Source of the DNA: Parasitella parasitica NRRL 2501
Taxonomy: Eukaryota > Fungi > Mucoromycota
Assembly (NCBI GenBank): GCA_025201805.1
Contig: MU619274.1
Location: 144,213-208,212 of the forward strand
Direction of reading: 5' to 3'
Length of the DNA: 64,000 nt
A program made the position numbers and the translations under genes. How positions within the stretch are numbered: position 1 is the first letter of the stretch; each line of letters begins with the position of its first letter. Below the pieces are notes generated by a model. That model was not told where the DNA came from, made no database searches, and saw only the letters and a list, made by a program, of their open reading frames with translations. Below, one piece after another: positions 23,355 through 36,174 of the stretch.

Positions 23355-24870
23355 CGAGCTTTTATACACCCCCCCCCCGAACTACGGTGAAAATAATCGA
23401 CCTTCGCTTCGCTACGGTGATATTTTTCGACCTTCGTTCTCATGGGGGGGGGTGGGGTGCACAGCTCGCGCCTGCAGCGGGCTGTCCCACTTAACACAAC
23501 GCTAAATCAAACGAAATAAGAAACAATGAGTGGAAATAACATTTATGTATTGTATAAAGATATGATATATTATGATTATTTGGTATTTTTTGTTTAAATC
23601 CTCGAAGTTGGTTAATTTTGAAAAATCTCAGTATAGACAACGTTTGATGTATATACTCCTTCTTGGCTTGGGGTTGATGATGATTGACGAGCAACTAAAA
23701 ATTTTGATGTCATCTGGCCTTTTAACTCGAGATAGAGCGACATATAATTGGCCATGCGAGAAAATTGAGACAGGAAGATACACCTCTACAAAGTCCAGAG
23801 TTTGACCTTGCGATTTATTTATCGTCATGGCAAAAGCTGGTCTGACATGGAACTGACAACGCTTGAATTCTACGCCGACTTGCTCAACTATCGAGTTTAA
23901 CGTAACTCTGGGTATGAGCACAACATTGCGTTGATAAGGTCCAGTTGCAACTTCAGCCTGGATAGTGTTCCTTGTGAATGCTCGACAAATAAGCCTTGTA
24001 CCATTATAAACACCATGAGCAGGATCGATGTTTCTGAGCATCATGATTGGCGAGCCAATTTTCAACTTGAGCTGGTGAGGTGGAAGACTACCACAGTTGA
24101 GAAAATTCATGAATTCTGATGGCAGCTCTAAAGCATCGTCTTCACTCAACGCCGTGTCAGTACTCAGGAATTCAGTGAATTCACTGGGAAACTTCTCAAG
24201 CATGAAGTCGTTTACTTTAGAAACAAAAGTATTGGTCGGTGTCAGGATGGCCTTCGACATTAAGTTGTCGCGGGTGGTATCAGCAGTGGGTGCAAAGTTG
24301 TTGTAAACATATACATGTTGGCAAAGGACAGAAATATCATTGCCAGACAGAAGCATATTATATTACGGAATACGAATCAAGTCAGCTGTGTTGGGCTGAA
24401 TAGGGAAGGAGCCATTGCCAATATCAAGCAAGAAATCAGCAAAATTTTGCAATGAAGTGGCCTATGCAGCGTTATGTAATGACATGGCTTGCTAAACTCT
24501 CATGCTTGTTGTTAAGCTGAGTACTTGTATATGCGGCCAAAGATTAAAGGTCAGAATGCATGCTTGAATGATTTCTTCTTTACTGCCATGAGGAACCATA
24601 GGTAAAATTTGAGAACAAATACAATAAATTTTCCTCCAAAGGGAAAATCTGCCTGTATTTCGTCTACTTGAATATTGCTTCATGGCATCTTTAAATGTCC
24701 TGTCTACTGTTTCGAGAACATCACGGCTTTTCATCGATGCTTCATCCTAAATAAATAAGGCTTGTGCCAGGAGATCTTGGTCTCAAAAAACACACAGATG
24801 AATCATTGCAGTTAAGAAAAATTCCAAATCTTGAGTGAGCAGTACGGCCATCTTTTAACTGTAAAACTTG
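23355..24870 (-). mobile_element. Decayed Helitron: PIF1-like helicase pseudogene plus 3' terminus
   Basis: GRTAHSRF (~24830-24850), I*DEASM...ETVDRT, QILPMV, AILTPTN, LPPHQLKLKIGSPIMMLRNI, NGTRL, AFAMTINKSQGQTL, FSHGQLYVALSRV, with stops and frameshifts. GC-rich hairpin-forming terminus ending AGCTCG|T at 23355. Confidence 0.88.
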
Positions 24871-25820
24871 TAATTTACTTAGAATAGAGACATCAAGAAA
24901 AAAACATAAATCTGACAAGCGTGTTGTTTTGCGATATCATGAGCGTCCTTCGGCTTCAACAGCATGTTTTAACTGCCTTCTATTCTCATAGACTCATGTT
25001 TGAATTGTTATAGGTTTTGTTGGCTCTCCTTTTCTTGAATAAAAAGAATTATGTTCGTTCCCACGGTTGCTATACTTGAGCGACTAATGATATGCAATAT
25101 GTAGAGATGAGATTAAATAACATGTGGATATTTATGTTGATTCTTAATGAAAAACTCCTTTCAAAAAAAAAAAAAAAATTAATGATGAGATACAACACAC
25201 AATTTTCATGGTCGCGATTTCATAAAAGACCCAGGGAATGTCATGATCCTATGCTACATTATAATGCCCATATCAACGAAAAACTATAATAAGAAATATA
25301 TTTTCTCACGTGAAACAAGAAGCCCAATCATAAGGCAACTAATTATGAAAAGATGTGTCAGAATGATATGCATCGGTTTTCCAAAACATACACAGACGAC
25401 AGAAACATTTAGCCATTAAAGATCTGATTTGTTAGGATTTGGATCAAAGTGAAAAAGGAAAAACCAGGATTGATTTAGATTACACGATTTACAATGTCAA
25501 GAATAGGAGCAAGGGGCATAATTCTACGGATCACCAAAGTAAAAGACAATTATGGGTCAGAACTTCAAGATAAACTGATACAAAACTCTTTGTTTTATCA
25601 AGAGCTATTCATCTCAATAAATCAATAAATCAATTGTTTATCAACATTAAAAAATTCAGCTCGGGTGCTTTTTACACTAATTAAATCGAAACCAGATAGA
25701 AAAAAAAAGTATAAAAGTAGTGGAAATTTGAATTTCGCCTCTTTTCTCTTTTCTTTTTTTTTTTTTCTTTTTCTTTTTGGTACTTTTACCCTTTGAAGTT
25801 TCACCTATTTTATACTGCAA

Positions 25821-26538
25821 ATGTTGGCACTTCCTACCACAATCTCGAGAGAGGCAGTTCCTCCTGGTTTTATAGGTAAAGTTAAAAAGATTAATTGAAT
25901 TGAATGAGGAATTATGTGATACCATCATTCAGGATTTGGTCCCTGAATTTTACTAATTTTAAACAACGTTTTAGATTTTGCCTCCTCTTCGTTCGATGCT
26001 ATTTTATTTCCTAACGCTCCTGTTGAAGTATCAACTGTGGCTACGCAGAATGATGGCGAGATCAGAAGAAGACCCTCTCATCTACCTGACCTTATCCCAT
26101 TTATCCAACTTATCACCGATAAATGTGATGTTCAGCCTATTCATATGGTTATAGCGCTCATGTATGTCCAAAGATTTAGGAAATCTCTGCCTGCTGGTAA
26201 GTTTTTTTATTTTTATTTTTATTTTTCCACTAGTTCTCATGTTATATATAGGCTATAAAGCTGAACCCGAAGCTGCTCATCGTATTTTCGTTGCCTCTCT
26301 TTTAGTTGCTAGTAAATATAGTGAGGATCGCTGTCTCTCTACGAAACAGGTTGTCAGAGCTACAGGCGATGTTTGGTCTATCAAGGAAATCACCCAAATG
26401 GAATTAGCTTTCCTGAGGTTTTTGCATTGGGATCTATATGTAAGTCATGAAGAGATAACCAAGTTTCTTCATGACTTAGGATTTGACAGTCGCTCTATTT
26501 TACCTAATCGCCCTATTCTGCTGGATGATACACTTTAG
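25821..26538 (+). CDS. PCL/Pho80-family cyclin
   Basis: Three exons: MLALPTTISREAVPPGFIDFASSSF...LIPFIQLITDKCDV..IHMVIALMYVQRF...HRIFVASLLVASKYSED...KEITQMELAFLRFLHWDLYV. Confidence 0.85.
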
Positions 26539-27374
26539 AGCACATGCTTCCATCTTTTATTGATACCCTTCTTTTTACCTTTTAGTATTACTGTGATAAT
26601 GTAAATAACAGTGTGTACATATAATAATTTTAGCAAGCACTATATAACTTAACCTCTTTTTATAAGAATATGTAAAACATTAAGTTAACACATTGTTGTA
26701 TGAAGTAAAATAATAAAACAGACAGCTTCTCACGTTGAAGGATGATTCATAATCCGAAGCACATCAGCGTCATTGCAATCACATAATCTTAGTCATACAA
26801 ATAAAAAATATTACTACTTTAGTCGCTCTAACATAGAAAAGCATGACAGAATTTCTACTCGAATCTGCATGCGGTGATCAGCTTCCGTTACTAGGCAGCG
26901 AACAAGTGCTCTGCTTTTTTTTTCGCCTATCAGACTTCTACAGCGTCTGATGACATATCATTTACTCATGTTGGCAGATATAAACTATCACGCACAGCTC
27001 ATTAATACCTTACTTGATCAAACCTTACGTGGGATATATTCAATTACAAGACTGGCTCTCTGAAAAGTAAAGATGAAAGAGTATGTGCTTTAAATCCGGA
27101 AAGCGCAAAGTTGTATGTTATTCAGTTAAATTGTCTCGAGCTATTTATTAGTGTATCTATTTAATTTTACTATGAATTAAAACAAATGGCTCACCGCCTG
27201 ATTGCTTAAATAAATCACAGTTACAAACAACAAGTTAAACTTTCCAATCATCTCACATCATTAAGAATAAGGTTCCAAAATCGACCAACCTACCGACCAA
27301 ATAAATAAATAATTGACCTAAATTTAAAAGTGCTTTCCTTTTATTTACTATTCAAATTTGAAATAATTTTCAAT

Positions 27375-30300
27375 ATGAAGTTTGCTAAATATCTCGAATC
27401 TGAAAGTGTTCCAGAATGGAGAAAAGCCTACATTAACTATAAAGGACTCAAGAAACGATTAAAAGCTATAGAAAAAGTAAGTTTCGATCACAATTGATGC
27501 ACTACATACATAGATAATACTAACGCATCTGTCAAATTATAAGTATCGCAAATTGAACCATGCGGAGGAAAATATTCGGCTGCAGAATACTATTCAAGAT
27601 ATTGACGACTTACAAGATTTAAATTATCCCAATAGACGAACGACGAATAATCCTCCCAGTAAACCAACACGTACTCAATCTTCCATCATCGATAACAGAT
27701 CTTCTGGGTTACAACCTCGAAGCCTCTCATCAAGCAATTTATTCAAGAGGTTTTCTTTTAGTTTTAAAAGACAAGACACGGAACTAGGCAGTGTAAATCG
27801 GCCCTCTATACCAGGTGAGTGTACTACAAGTCAGCCAATGTAGAAGGTTTCTTAAACTGTGAGATAGCTCATGAAATGCGATCGATATCTGTATTAGAAG
27901 AAGCCCTTAGACATGCAAGCGAGCCCGAACAGTATTTCTTTGTCATGTTGGATGGGGATTTGGAGACAATATCTCGATTTTATGATGGTATGCATACATC
28001 AAATGATGGAAATTAGTTCTCTCATCTTACTTGGCGTGTTCGCTTTCCACTTAGAAAAGGAAAAAGAGGCCGAAGCTAAATATGATGCTCTAAAACTCCA
28101 GGTTCAGCTAATTCGAGATTTTGCAGTACAACTATCACATTTGCATGTAGGTGATGGTTCCAATTTTTTTGAAAGGCATCATGTTCATGTTATTTGCAAT
28201 AGTCAGAACATGATATCATATCTGGTGATGGGAGGTTGAACCCTATGAATTGGTTCAAAGGAAGACGGAGGTCAAATGACACCGACATTCCTAATCTGCC
28301 AGCTTCAATCGAGTACAATGGCGATCATCATATGAGCTACAATGTAGAAATCAAAAAGAAGTGTTTATTCATACACGTTTTAACTAGTCTTTATTTCTCA
28401 TAGGTAGCTAGAAGCAGACTGAAAAAGGCCATCACCGAGTATTATCGTAGTTTGGAGCTTTTAAAGTCATACAAGGTACTATGATATCATGTTTAAAATC
28501 ATGTTAGACATTTCAATTAACATAAATATGCTCATGGCTATAGGTACTGAACGAAACTGGATTTCAGAAAATACTTAAAAAGTTTGATAAAACTGCCGGA
28601 TGGAAAGCGAGCACTTTATACATGCAGAAAGTGCGGAGATATCACTGGTTAAAGTCGCAAAAATTGGACGAATTCTTGCATGATACAGAGAAACTCTACA
28701 TTGACGAATTTGCTGACGGGCACCGTCGACGAGGCATGGCAAAACTTCGTATTCCTGAAAAGGATGAGCACTACACACCTACAACATGGAGAATTGGTTT
28801 TTACATTGGCTTATCTCTTGCATTTTTGGGCAGGGTAATACAGCTCGTCCTGGATCCAAATGTACAGCAACAGCTGCCCAACATGGAATACAATCTTCAA
28901 ATTTACGCTTGTTTCAGCCTGCCCATTTTGTTTTGCCTTGGGTTCTCCATCAATACATTAGTTTGGACAAGGTCGCATATCAATTACAAGTTTATCTTTG
29001 AGTTCGATCCTCGTGATAATCTCAACTATCACGAATTTGCAGAGCTCCCTTCGTTGATGCTGTTATTATTATCATTTATCATGTACGTCGACTTTTCTCA
29101 ATCGTTTGCGCCACTCATTCCCTCAGAACTATGCCCCTTGATCCTATTTGTCATCATGATGGCTGCTTTGACATGTCCATTTCCTATCCTGTACTACTCG
29201 TCTCGTCGTTGGCTCAGTCTGTCCTTAGGTCGCATCATATTAAGTTATTTCTTTCCTATCGAATTTCGCGACTTCTTTATTGCAGACGAGCTTAATAGTT
29301 TGGCCTATACGTTTTGGACGTTTTCTTACTTTGTTTGTGCTTATAATTTTCATTGGAATGATTTGCCTCTCAATTGTCCTGTCAAGATTTTCTGGTATAC
29401 CCCATTCTTGGCTTGTCTACCTCCTTGGTGGCGTTTTATTCAATGCATTCGTCGATATCAGGATTCTAGAGAAAAGGTACATTTAGTAAATGCCCTGAAA
29501 TACACTACAAGCATTGGATCTACATTGGCAACAGGTTATCGAAGAATGTATCGTAAGTGAGTCATATTTGCTAGTATCATTGAGGCACTGAACTTGAATA
29601 ATTCACAATTCTAGCAAATGCATCGATGGAAACAATTTGGATTTTATTTTGTATAATCAATTCTTCGTACACTTCTATATGGGACATCAGAATGGATTGG
29701 GGCTTGATGCAGCCTGGTAGCAAACATTTCTTGTTAAGAAACGATCTTGTATTCTACAGATGGACCTACTATGTAGCTGCTCCAATTAATATTATTCTCC
29801 GTTTTGCTTGGACACTCAACGCAGCTGGCTTAGGCTATAAGGGTGAGCTCATTGGCTTTGTCACTGCATTGCTGGAAGCATACCGACGTATTCAATGGAA
29901 CTTTTTCCGTCTTGAGAATGAAGTAAGTTGGCAACATATCGTTTTGCGTTGAAGAGTGTACTAAACCTAGAGACTACACAGCATATCAATAACTGTGGTA
30001 ACTATCGCGCGATTAAAGAGATACCTTTGCCATTTGCTTTCCGTGATGTAAAAAAGTCGTCTGTTTCTGCTACAGAAGAAGGCAGTATTCATTTACCTAT
30101 GGAGCAAAGCGAGATTCCATCGCCTGATGCTGCTGTCCTTCCAGGCCGTATGACTATGCCTTTCATTGACAATGTAACGCCCGTTGGATCTTTCTATGGT
30201 CGTCGTGATTTCGAAAATAGGCAAGATATAGAGGATGGTATTAGCACAGGAGGCGCTAGTAGCAATTTGATACGTCAGCCTTCTGTAGTGGGCGCTGTCT

Positions 30301-30389
30301 TGGAGCGAATCAAGTCGAAAAAGAACACAAAGGCTTCTGACTCTTCGGATACAGATTTAGATGATGAAGAAGAAGAAGATAGCGATTAG
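27375..30389 (+). CDS. SYG1: SPX-EXS domain protein (SYG1/XPR1 phosphate exporter family)
   Basis: MKFAKYLESESVPEWRKAYINYKGLKK (SPX), LNETGFQKILKKFDK, INYKFIFEFDPR, FRDFFIADELNS, HLVNALKY, WDIRMDWGL, RRIQWNFFRLENE (EXS). Confidence 0.95.
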
Positions 30390-31424
30390 AATTGTAATTT
30401 TATGTAAACTATATTTTGTGCCTATCTATATCATGAGAATAAAAGAATTTTAACGAGGTTAATAAAATTCGTAACAATATTTTTTGGTCAGTTTGGTTCT
30501 ATTTCTCTGGCGAGAGGGTGAGAGCGATGTTCGTCTTATCTCGGTTGGTGCCACGGATTTGATATGAATCAGAGGTCTCGTTGGTATTATATCAAACGAC
30601 TTTGCCTCCATGAGTTTTCTTTCAATCTCACCATCACAAAGCCTAATAACTTATATGGCGAAATGCCTCACCTTCTCGAAGGTTGATCCAATATATGGTG
30701 CAACATCGTAAACACTTATGCCTGAAATACAATCAATCAACTATTTAAATTTGAAGAGATCGTTTTTATTTACTTCAACAGATGGCAGACATACTCTGTC
30801 AAATGGAATATTGTAATTGGAGATAATATTAGTTGATTAGAGTTTTACTTGGACCTTCATACAAAGCTAAGCATATTGGACGGACCAAAATTAGTGACAA
30901 AAATTGAGGCAAGGACCAACAAGAAATCAACAAGGTGATAGCAAGAACAACACAAACATTTGATAAAAGACAAGAAAAAAAGAGTACTGGAGGGAAGCTT
31001 CAGCAGTAGCCAAGACTTGAATTTGAATCGCAAACGCACATAACCCCAATATCATCAACTCCCACAAATACTCAAATAGCACAATCAACAGCACTTCCCT
31101 CCATTGGAAATCTCAAGAAATCTAAATAAAAAAAAAAAAAATCAGATATGAAATATACCAACAAATTATAAATATCCAATCGACTGAAATGCTGAAAGAT
31201 GAAAAGTTGAATGTGGGACTGAATAAATATCCTCAATAGATCACATCGCCATCATTTGTATACAAAATTGCTGATCTAATCATGTTTCTGTCTTACTGCA
31301 TTGCCACGAAGTCGAAAAAAAAAAAGAAACCACCCTTCGACTGATTTGAGATCAACATCAATAATTAGACCAGACCATAGACCAGTAAGCCAGTAATCAA
31401 AAAACCAACCAAAAGTTCACAAGA

Positions 31425-31510
31425 CCAGAACACCAGAACACCAGAACACCATTAGATCATTAGATCTTTAGATAATTAGACCATTGGACCATTGGACCAT
31501 TAGATTCATT
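31425..31510 (+). repeat. Degenerate 8-bp tandem repeats (CCAGAACA; CCATTRGA)
   Basis: ccagaaca x3, followed by about seven copies of ccattaga/ccattgga-like units. Confidence 0.7.
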
Positions 31511-32002
31511 ACCAGTAGGAGAAAAACCTTTCGGACCAGATCAAGAGATATCATGATACTAAAATTAGCCTAGCAAATATAAGAGAAAATGTTTCTTTGG
31601 AAACATACACAATATTGTCGAAAAAGGGATAAAAACTATGCTTAAAGTGTTTGCTACATAGAATTACTTGGATATTCAAAGAACCGTAGAAGAATCTTAT
31701 TGAAAGGTTATCACTTGAATGTTGCAAACGAAAGAATGGATGAGTGGGATGAGGTTAAAATTTAAACTTAACAGAATGGATAATCAAGGAGAAACGCCAA
31801 GCAAGATTATTTCTGTACACTTGTCGTGAGTGTAAGTGGAATTGTAAGGACTTAACCGAAGGGAGAGCCCACGGAAATCAGCTGTAGTCGTACGCAAAAA
31901 GAAAAAAAATGAGTGCAAACATGTCGGCTTGTAACTTATCAAAACACCACTATAGACGAAGGCAGAATAAGAGAATCAAGGAGGCCTATCGGTAGCATCA
32001 TT

Positions 32003-32105
32003 AGAGGAGAAACCATCAGAGGAGAAACCATCAGAGGAGAAACCATCAGAAGAGACACCACCAGAAGAAAAGCCTTCAGAAAAGAAACCGTTAGAAGAAA
32101 ACCCA
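32003..32105 (+). repeat. 15-bp tandem repeat (AGAGGAGAAACCATC) inside a decayed reading frame
   Basis: Three near-perfect and several degenerate units; one frame reads EEKPS-EEKPS-EEKPS-EETPP-EEKPS-EKKPL. Confidence 0.75.
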
Positions 32106-33092
32106 AATAAGAAAATAGAAATATATTGATGAGAAAAAGAGTTTAATGTTTGCAAGCAATAATGCATCTTATTTATACTCTTTCGGCATTTTTTTTTCGC
32201 CCACAAGCAGGTGATCAATGAAGTGGACAAACAGAATTCGTTACCTGGATACCCTATTTGGATAGACATAAAATCAAACTTTCCATTTTCGATAGTGCCT
32301 TCACCAATGAACATGAGCTTGATGCTGCATGATGATGTTTAGGCCTCAATATGATATTCCTCCCACACAGAGCATGAATAAAAAAGTCTGACAAGCGTTT
32401 CATCTAATAATGACATTATGCAGCAGCCTGGTCTCCGTCAAGAGGTCCTCGGGCTAATATGTTACCCTGAATTCTTGTGATGGACTTTATCTTCAATGTC
32501 TTACCAGTATTCGTAGGTACAGAATTACCAAGCGGAAAATTATACAAGGCGCATCACAGATCGCTAATTTTAGCAGGGTGTTAGGTCAGGCATGTGTCTC
32601 TGGTGGCTTGATCGTACATGAGGCAATGTTTTGCTCTGCTTTGAAGGATCATGGCAAGAATATCATAATAGGGAAGATATCTACACTAAAGGTGCACGAA
32701 TGTTCGATATCTAAAAGAGTAAAAAGACATCTCGGTGAAATTTTATCACTCTTTTAAACTAGTTTCCTGATGATGATTATCATATTGTAGCTAGATTCTG
32801 TTTATAATCCATCAAAATAGATTGTGTATCAAAAGAGCGTCGTACCACGCCATATCAACACAGCAACTTTTTTAGAACATAAATTTTTTTCAGATTCTTC
32901 ATTGGACGTCCTGGTTCATTGGTTCAACAAAGATGTTAAAAGGCTGGTATAATATTAAACGTCTTGTTTCTCAATCTTACAGACTTCTTTTTTCTTTTTC
33001 TTTACAGAAAGATAAACTTTTTGGTTTGATTTTTCGTTTTCTTCGTATATTATCTGCTTTAGCTAAGGAAACCGTAGAAAGCAAATCGCACA

Positions 33093-35007
33093 ATGGAAAA
33101 GTACCCTCAGGATTCTGATCCAGCTTTGGCTGAAAAGTACAGTCAAGGGTCATCAAAGGGCAACGACGATGTGAATGAAACCGTAGCTACTAACCATAAG
33201 CTCTTCTCGAAGCATACATTACTCAACTATTTCCCAAGATATAAGCTGAAAATCTCTGGTATTTACTGATGTAAAATTGAGTTTCTCAAAATTAACAAAA
33301 AGCGTAAAACCCAGGTGCTATCAACATCGACGAACGGCCTCCCCTTTACCAATGTTTCTTGATGGGTATTCAACATGTTTTGGCCATGTTTGGTTCCACT
33401 GTTTTAGGTAAGGTTTGGGGGGTTTTTTTTTTGACAGAAGTACATGCTCATCCTATTTTGTACTTGATGACATAGCACCTCTAATGATGGGCTTTGACAC
33501 AAACAGTAAATATTTACATTGTACTTATGACTAATCAAGCTCATTAACAAAAGCACATAGCTGCCCTGTTCTTTTCTGGTATCGGTACAATTATTTTCTA
33601 TATCTTTACCGGTGGGAAAGGTTATTATTTTCAATACGAGCTTGTTTTGGCTTCATTGACTAAAATTTTGCAAAAGTGCCGTCTTATGTTGGATCATCTT
33701 TTGGGTTTATTGGCGTTGTAGTATCAGCTACAGGCTACAACTATACACCTGGTTCTGGCCGTAACGAATATACTGATATTGCCTGCGGTGGCATTCTCAT
33801 CTGTGGCATTGTCTATGGCGTAATTGGCCTTGTCGTCTTTTTTGCAGGCTCTGGCTGGATCGACGTTATTATGCCTCCTGGTAAGCCAAAAACTTTTTTA
33901 TCATCCGGAATCGGAACGGACTTTGGATGAATCTCTAACCTTATCGAAAAAGTTGTAACTGGCACAGTCATAACAACAATCGGCATTCACTTGTCAACAT
34001 CTGCATTCCAAAGTGCTACGCAAACCACCTTTGATGGCTGGATGGCGTTTACTACTATCATGTTGATATCGCTTATCAGCATCTACGCACCAGGCATGTT
34101 GAAACGCATGCCGATTTTGATAGGCATGGTCATCGGATATCTCATCTATTTCGGTGTTGGCTATTCTGGTCATGGACCTGCTATTGATTATACTGAATTA
34201 TATGCCACTCCTTGGTTCGCTGCTCCTACTTTTGTGAAGCCCAAGTTTGAGGGCCAAGCTATCAGCATGATTGTTCCGGTTTGTGTGGTTTTATTGGCTG
34301 AAAATTTAGGCCATATCAAAGCGGTTGGAGCAATGGCCGAAAAACCTCTTGATAAATACCTTGGTCGTGCTATTTTAGGTGATGCTGTAGCCACCATAGT
34401 GTCTGCTGCTGGTGGTGGACCTGGCACAACCACTTACTCGGAAAATATTGGAGTTATGGTAAATTTTTAATACAAGTCTTTATTGTTGAATGTTATGAAC
34501 TCAATTCTTCACTAGGCTGTTACGCAAATTTTCTCTACATTGATCTTTTTAGTTGCTGCTATTATTGCCATCTTTTTGGGTTTCATCCAAAAGTTTGGCG
34601 CTGCTATCCATACCATCCCCGAGGGTGTATTTGGTGGGCTCTCTATCATCCTTTTTGGCTTGATAGCCGTGTCAGGTGCTAGAATTTGGGTAGAAAATGA
34701 GGTCGACTTTAAAGATTCTAGAAATATGCTAGTAGCTGGTATTCCTAGTAAAGTGTTTTCAACCATGCATTCTACGTGTAGACCTCTTACTTTCATCGTT
34801 ATTTATATAGTTATCATCGGTGCAGCTATGCAAACTTCGTTAAAATGGGGTAACTTTCAACTGGATGGTATTGGTCTACCCACGTATTCTGCTATTCTTT
34901 TATATCAAATTTTGCGTGGTTGGGATAATCTCAGAGATCTCTTTAGCCGCAAGAAAAAGGCGAGAGCGATGAGCATCAATTCTCAACAAACTTCTGCAGT
35001 TGTGTAG
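33093..35007 (+). CDS. NCS2/NAT nucleobase:cation symporter, UraA/RutG (uracil/pyrimidine) type
   Basis: DERPP..Q..LMGIQHVLAMFGSTVL, GGKVPSYVGSSF, MPPVVTG, AENLGHIKAV, GGPGTTTYSENIGVMAVT (NAT signature), FGLIAVSGARIW; about eight exons. Confidence 0.92.
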
Positions 35008-35271
35008 AAAATTTAAACCATTTATGTAGTCTGTAAATACCTGTTATCTTTTTTGAATTTATAATCACAGTAAAGCTTAATCCATCACATGCTCATTTTT
35101 GCCCTCATTGTTGCCCTCGTTGCTCTCTTCATTGTTACCTTCATTGTTCACGCCTGCAGACTGCTTTTATTTAGGCTCAGGTTTCCAATTTCACATACAA
35201 AACAAAAAGTCTATTGTTATTTCGCTTTGTTTTCCCTTATTTTGAAAAATAATCAGCGATAACGTGTTAAA

Positions 35272-36174
35272 ATGAAGTTCGGCTTCTTTTCTTCGGAATT
35301 TAGTGATCAAGGAACTGCAGATGATGGTTGGTTTCTCTGTAGATTTGTAGAAAAGATGGGCATTAGTTGGTAACTTAAAATTTAGGAAGCTGGAAGTTTT
35401 GTGGCCTTGACAAAACACAACGTTTGTTCGCCTTTGGTGCTTGGTAAGTTTCTGATAGATGTAGAGGGCCTTTGAAATATCGTTAACATGCCAGAAACTC
35501 CCAAGTTTTGCTGTTGGCGCCCTTTTATCCATCTTGGTATGCTGAGCATTTATTTTTTCGGGATAAAGATGCTAACGCATGAGTATCGTAGTCGACTCTA
35601 ATCCTATTAGTGGGGAACATTGTTGCTTTTTGTATTATTTATAGCTGTGGTAATATTATTTCTCTGTTCAGGTAAGATACAAAAGACTTATGAAAAAGCG
35701 ATAGGAAGGATATTTACATCATTGATATTGTTAGTTTAACATTTGTTGTTGGTATTCCCAAACAATTCAAAACTATGTTTGCTCCAGGTAAACATTCAAA
35801 CTATATGATCTCAAATCTCTTAAGTGAATCTTCTGTATTCTATAGTTCGTTTTTGGGCGACTATTATTTACTTGTCACTACTTGTTTTGACACTTGCAAT
35901 GTCCATCTGGGTATGAAAGAAAGGAGCATTAGGGCTTAAATTGTGAAAGGCTTGACTCTAACTATTATTTCTCACTTTTAGTTGAAGAATTTTGTCTTAT
36001 CCATCGTCTTGGTCTGCATTCAATTTGCTGCTCTCGTCTGGTATTCGTAAGTGTGTCATTTTTATAGAAATTAAGCAGAAATTAATTGTTTTGCATCTGC
36101 TTAGAGCAAGTTATATCCCATACGGCCGTGAACTCATTCGTCGTTTCTTTGGAAGTTGCGTAACTTCCATCTAG
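35272..36174 (+). CDS. SFT2/Got1-family vesicle transport protein
   Basis: Many small exons: CGLDKTQRLFAFGAC, FVVGIPKQFKTMFAP, VRFWATIIYL, IQFAALVWY..SYIPYGRELI. Confidence 0.82.

Noticed and set aside
23382-23436. Two 25-bp direct repeats as a CRISPR-like array
   Set aside because: Eukaryotic context, only two units and no spacers; better explained as a Helitron terminus.
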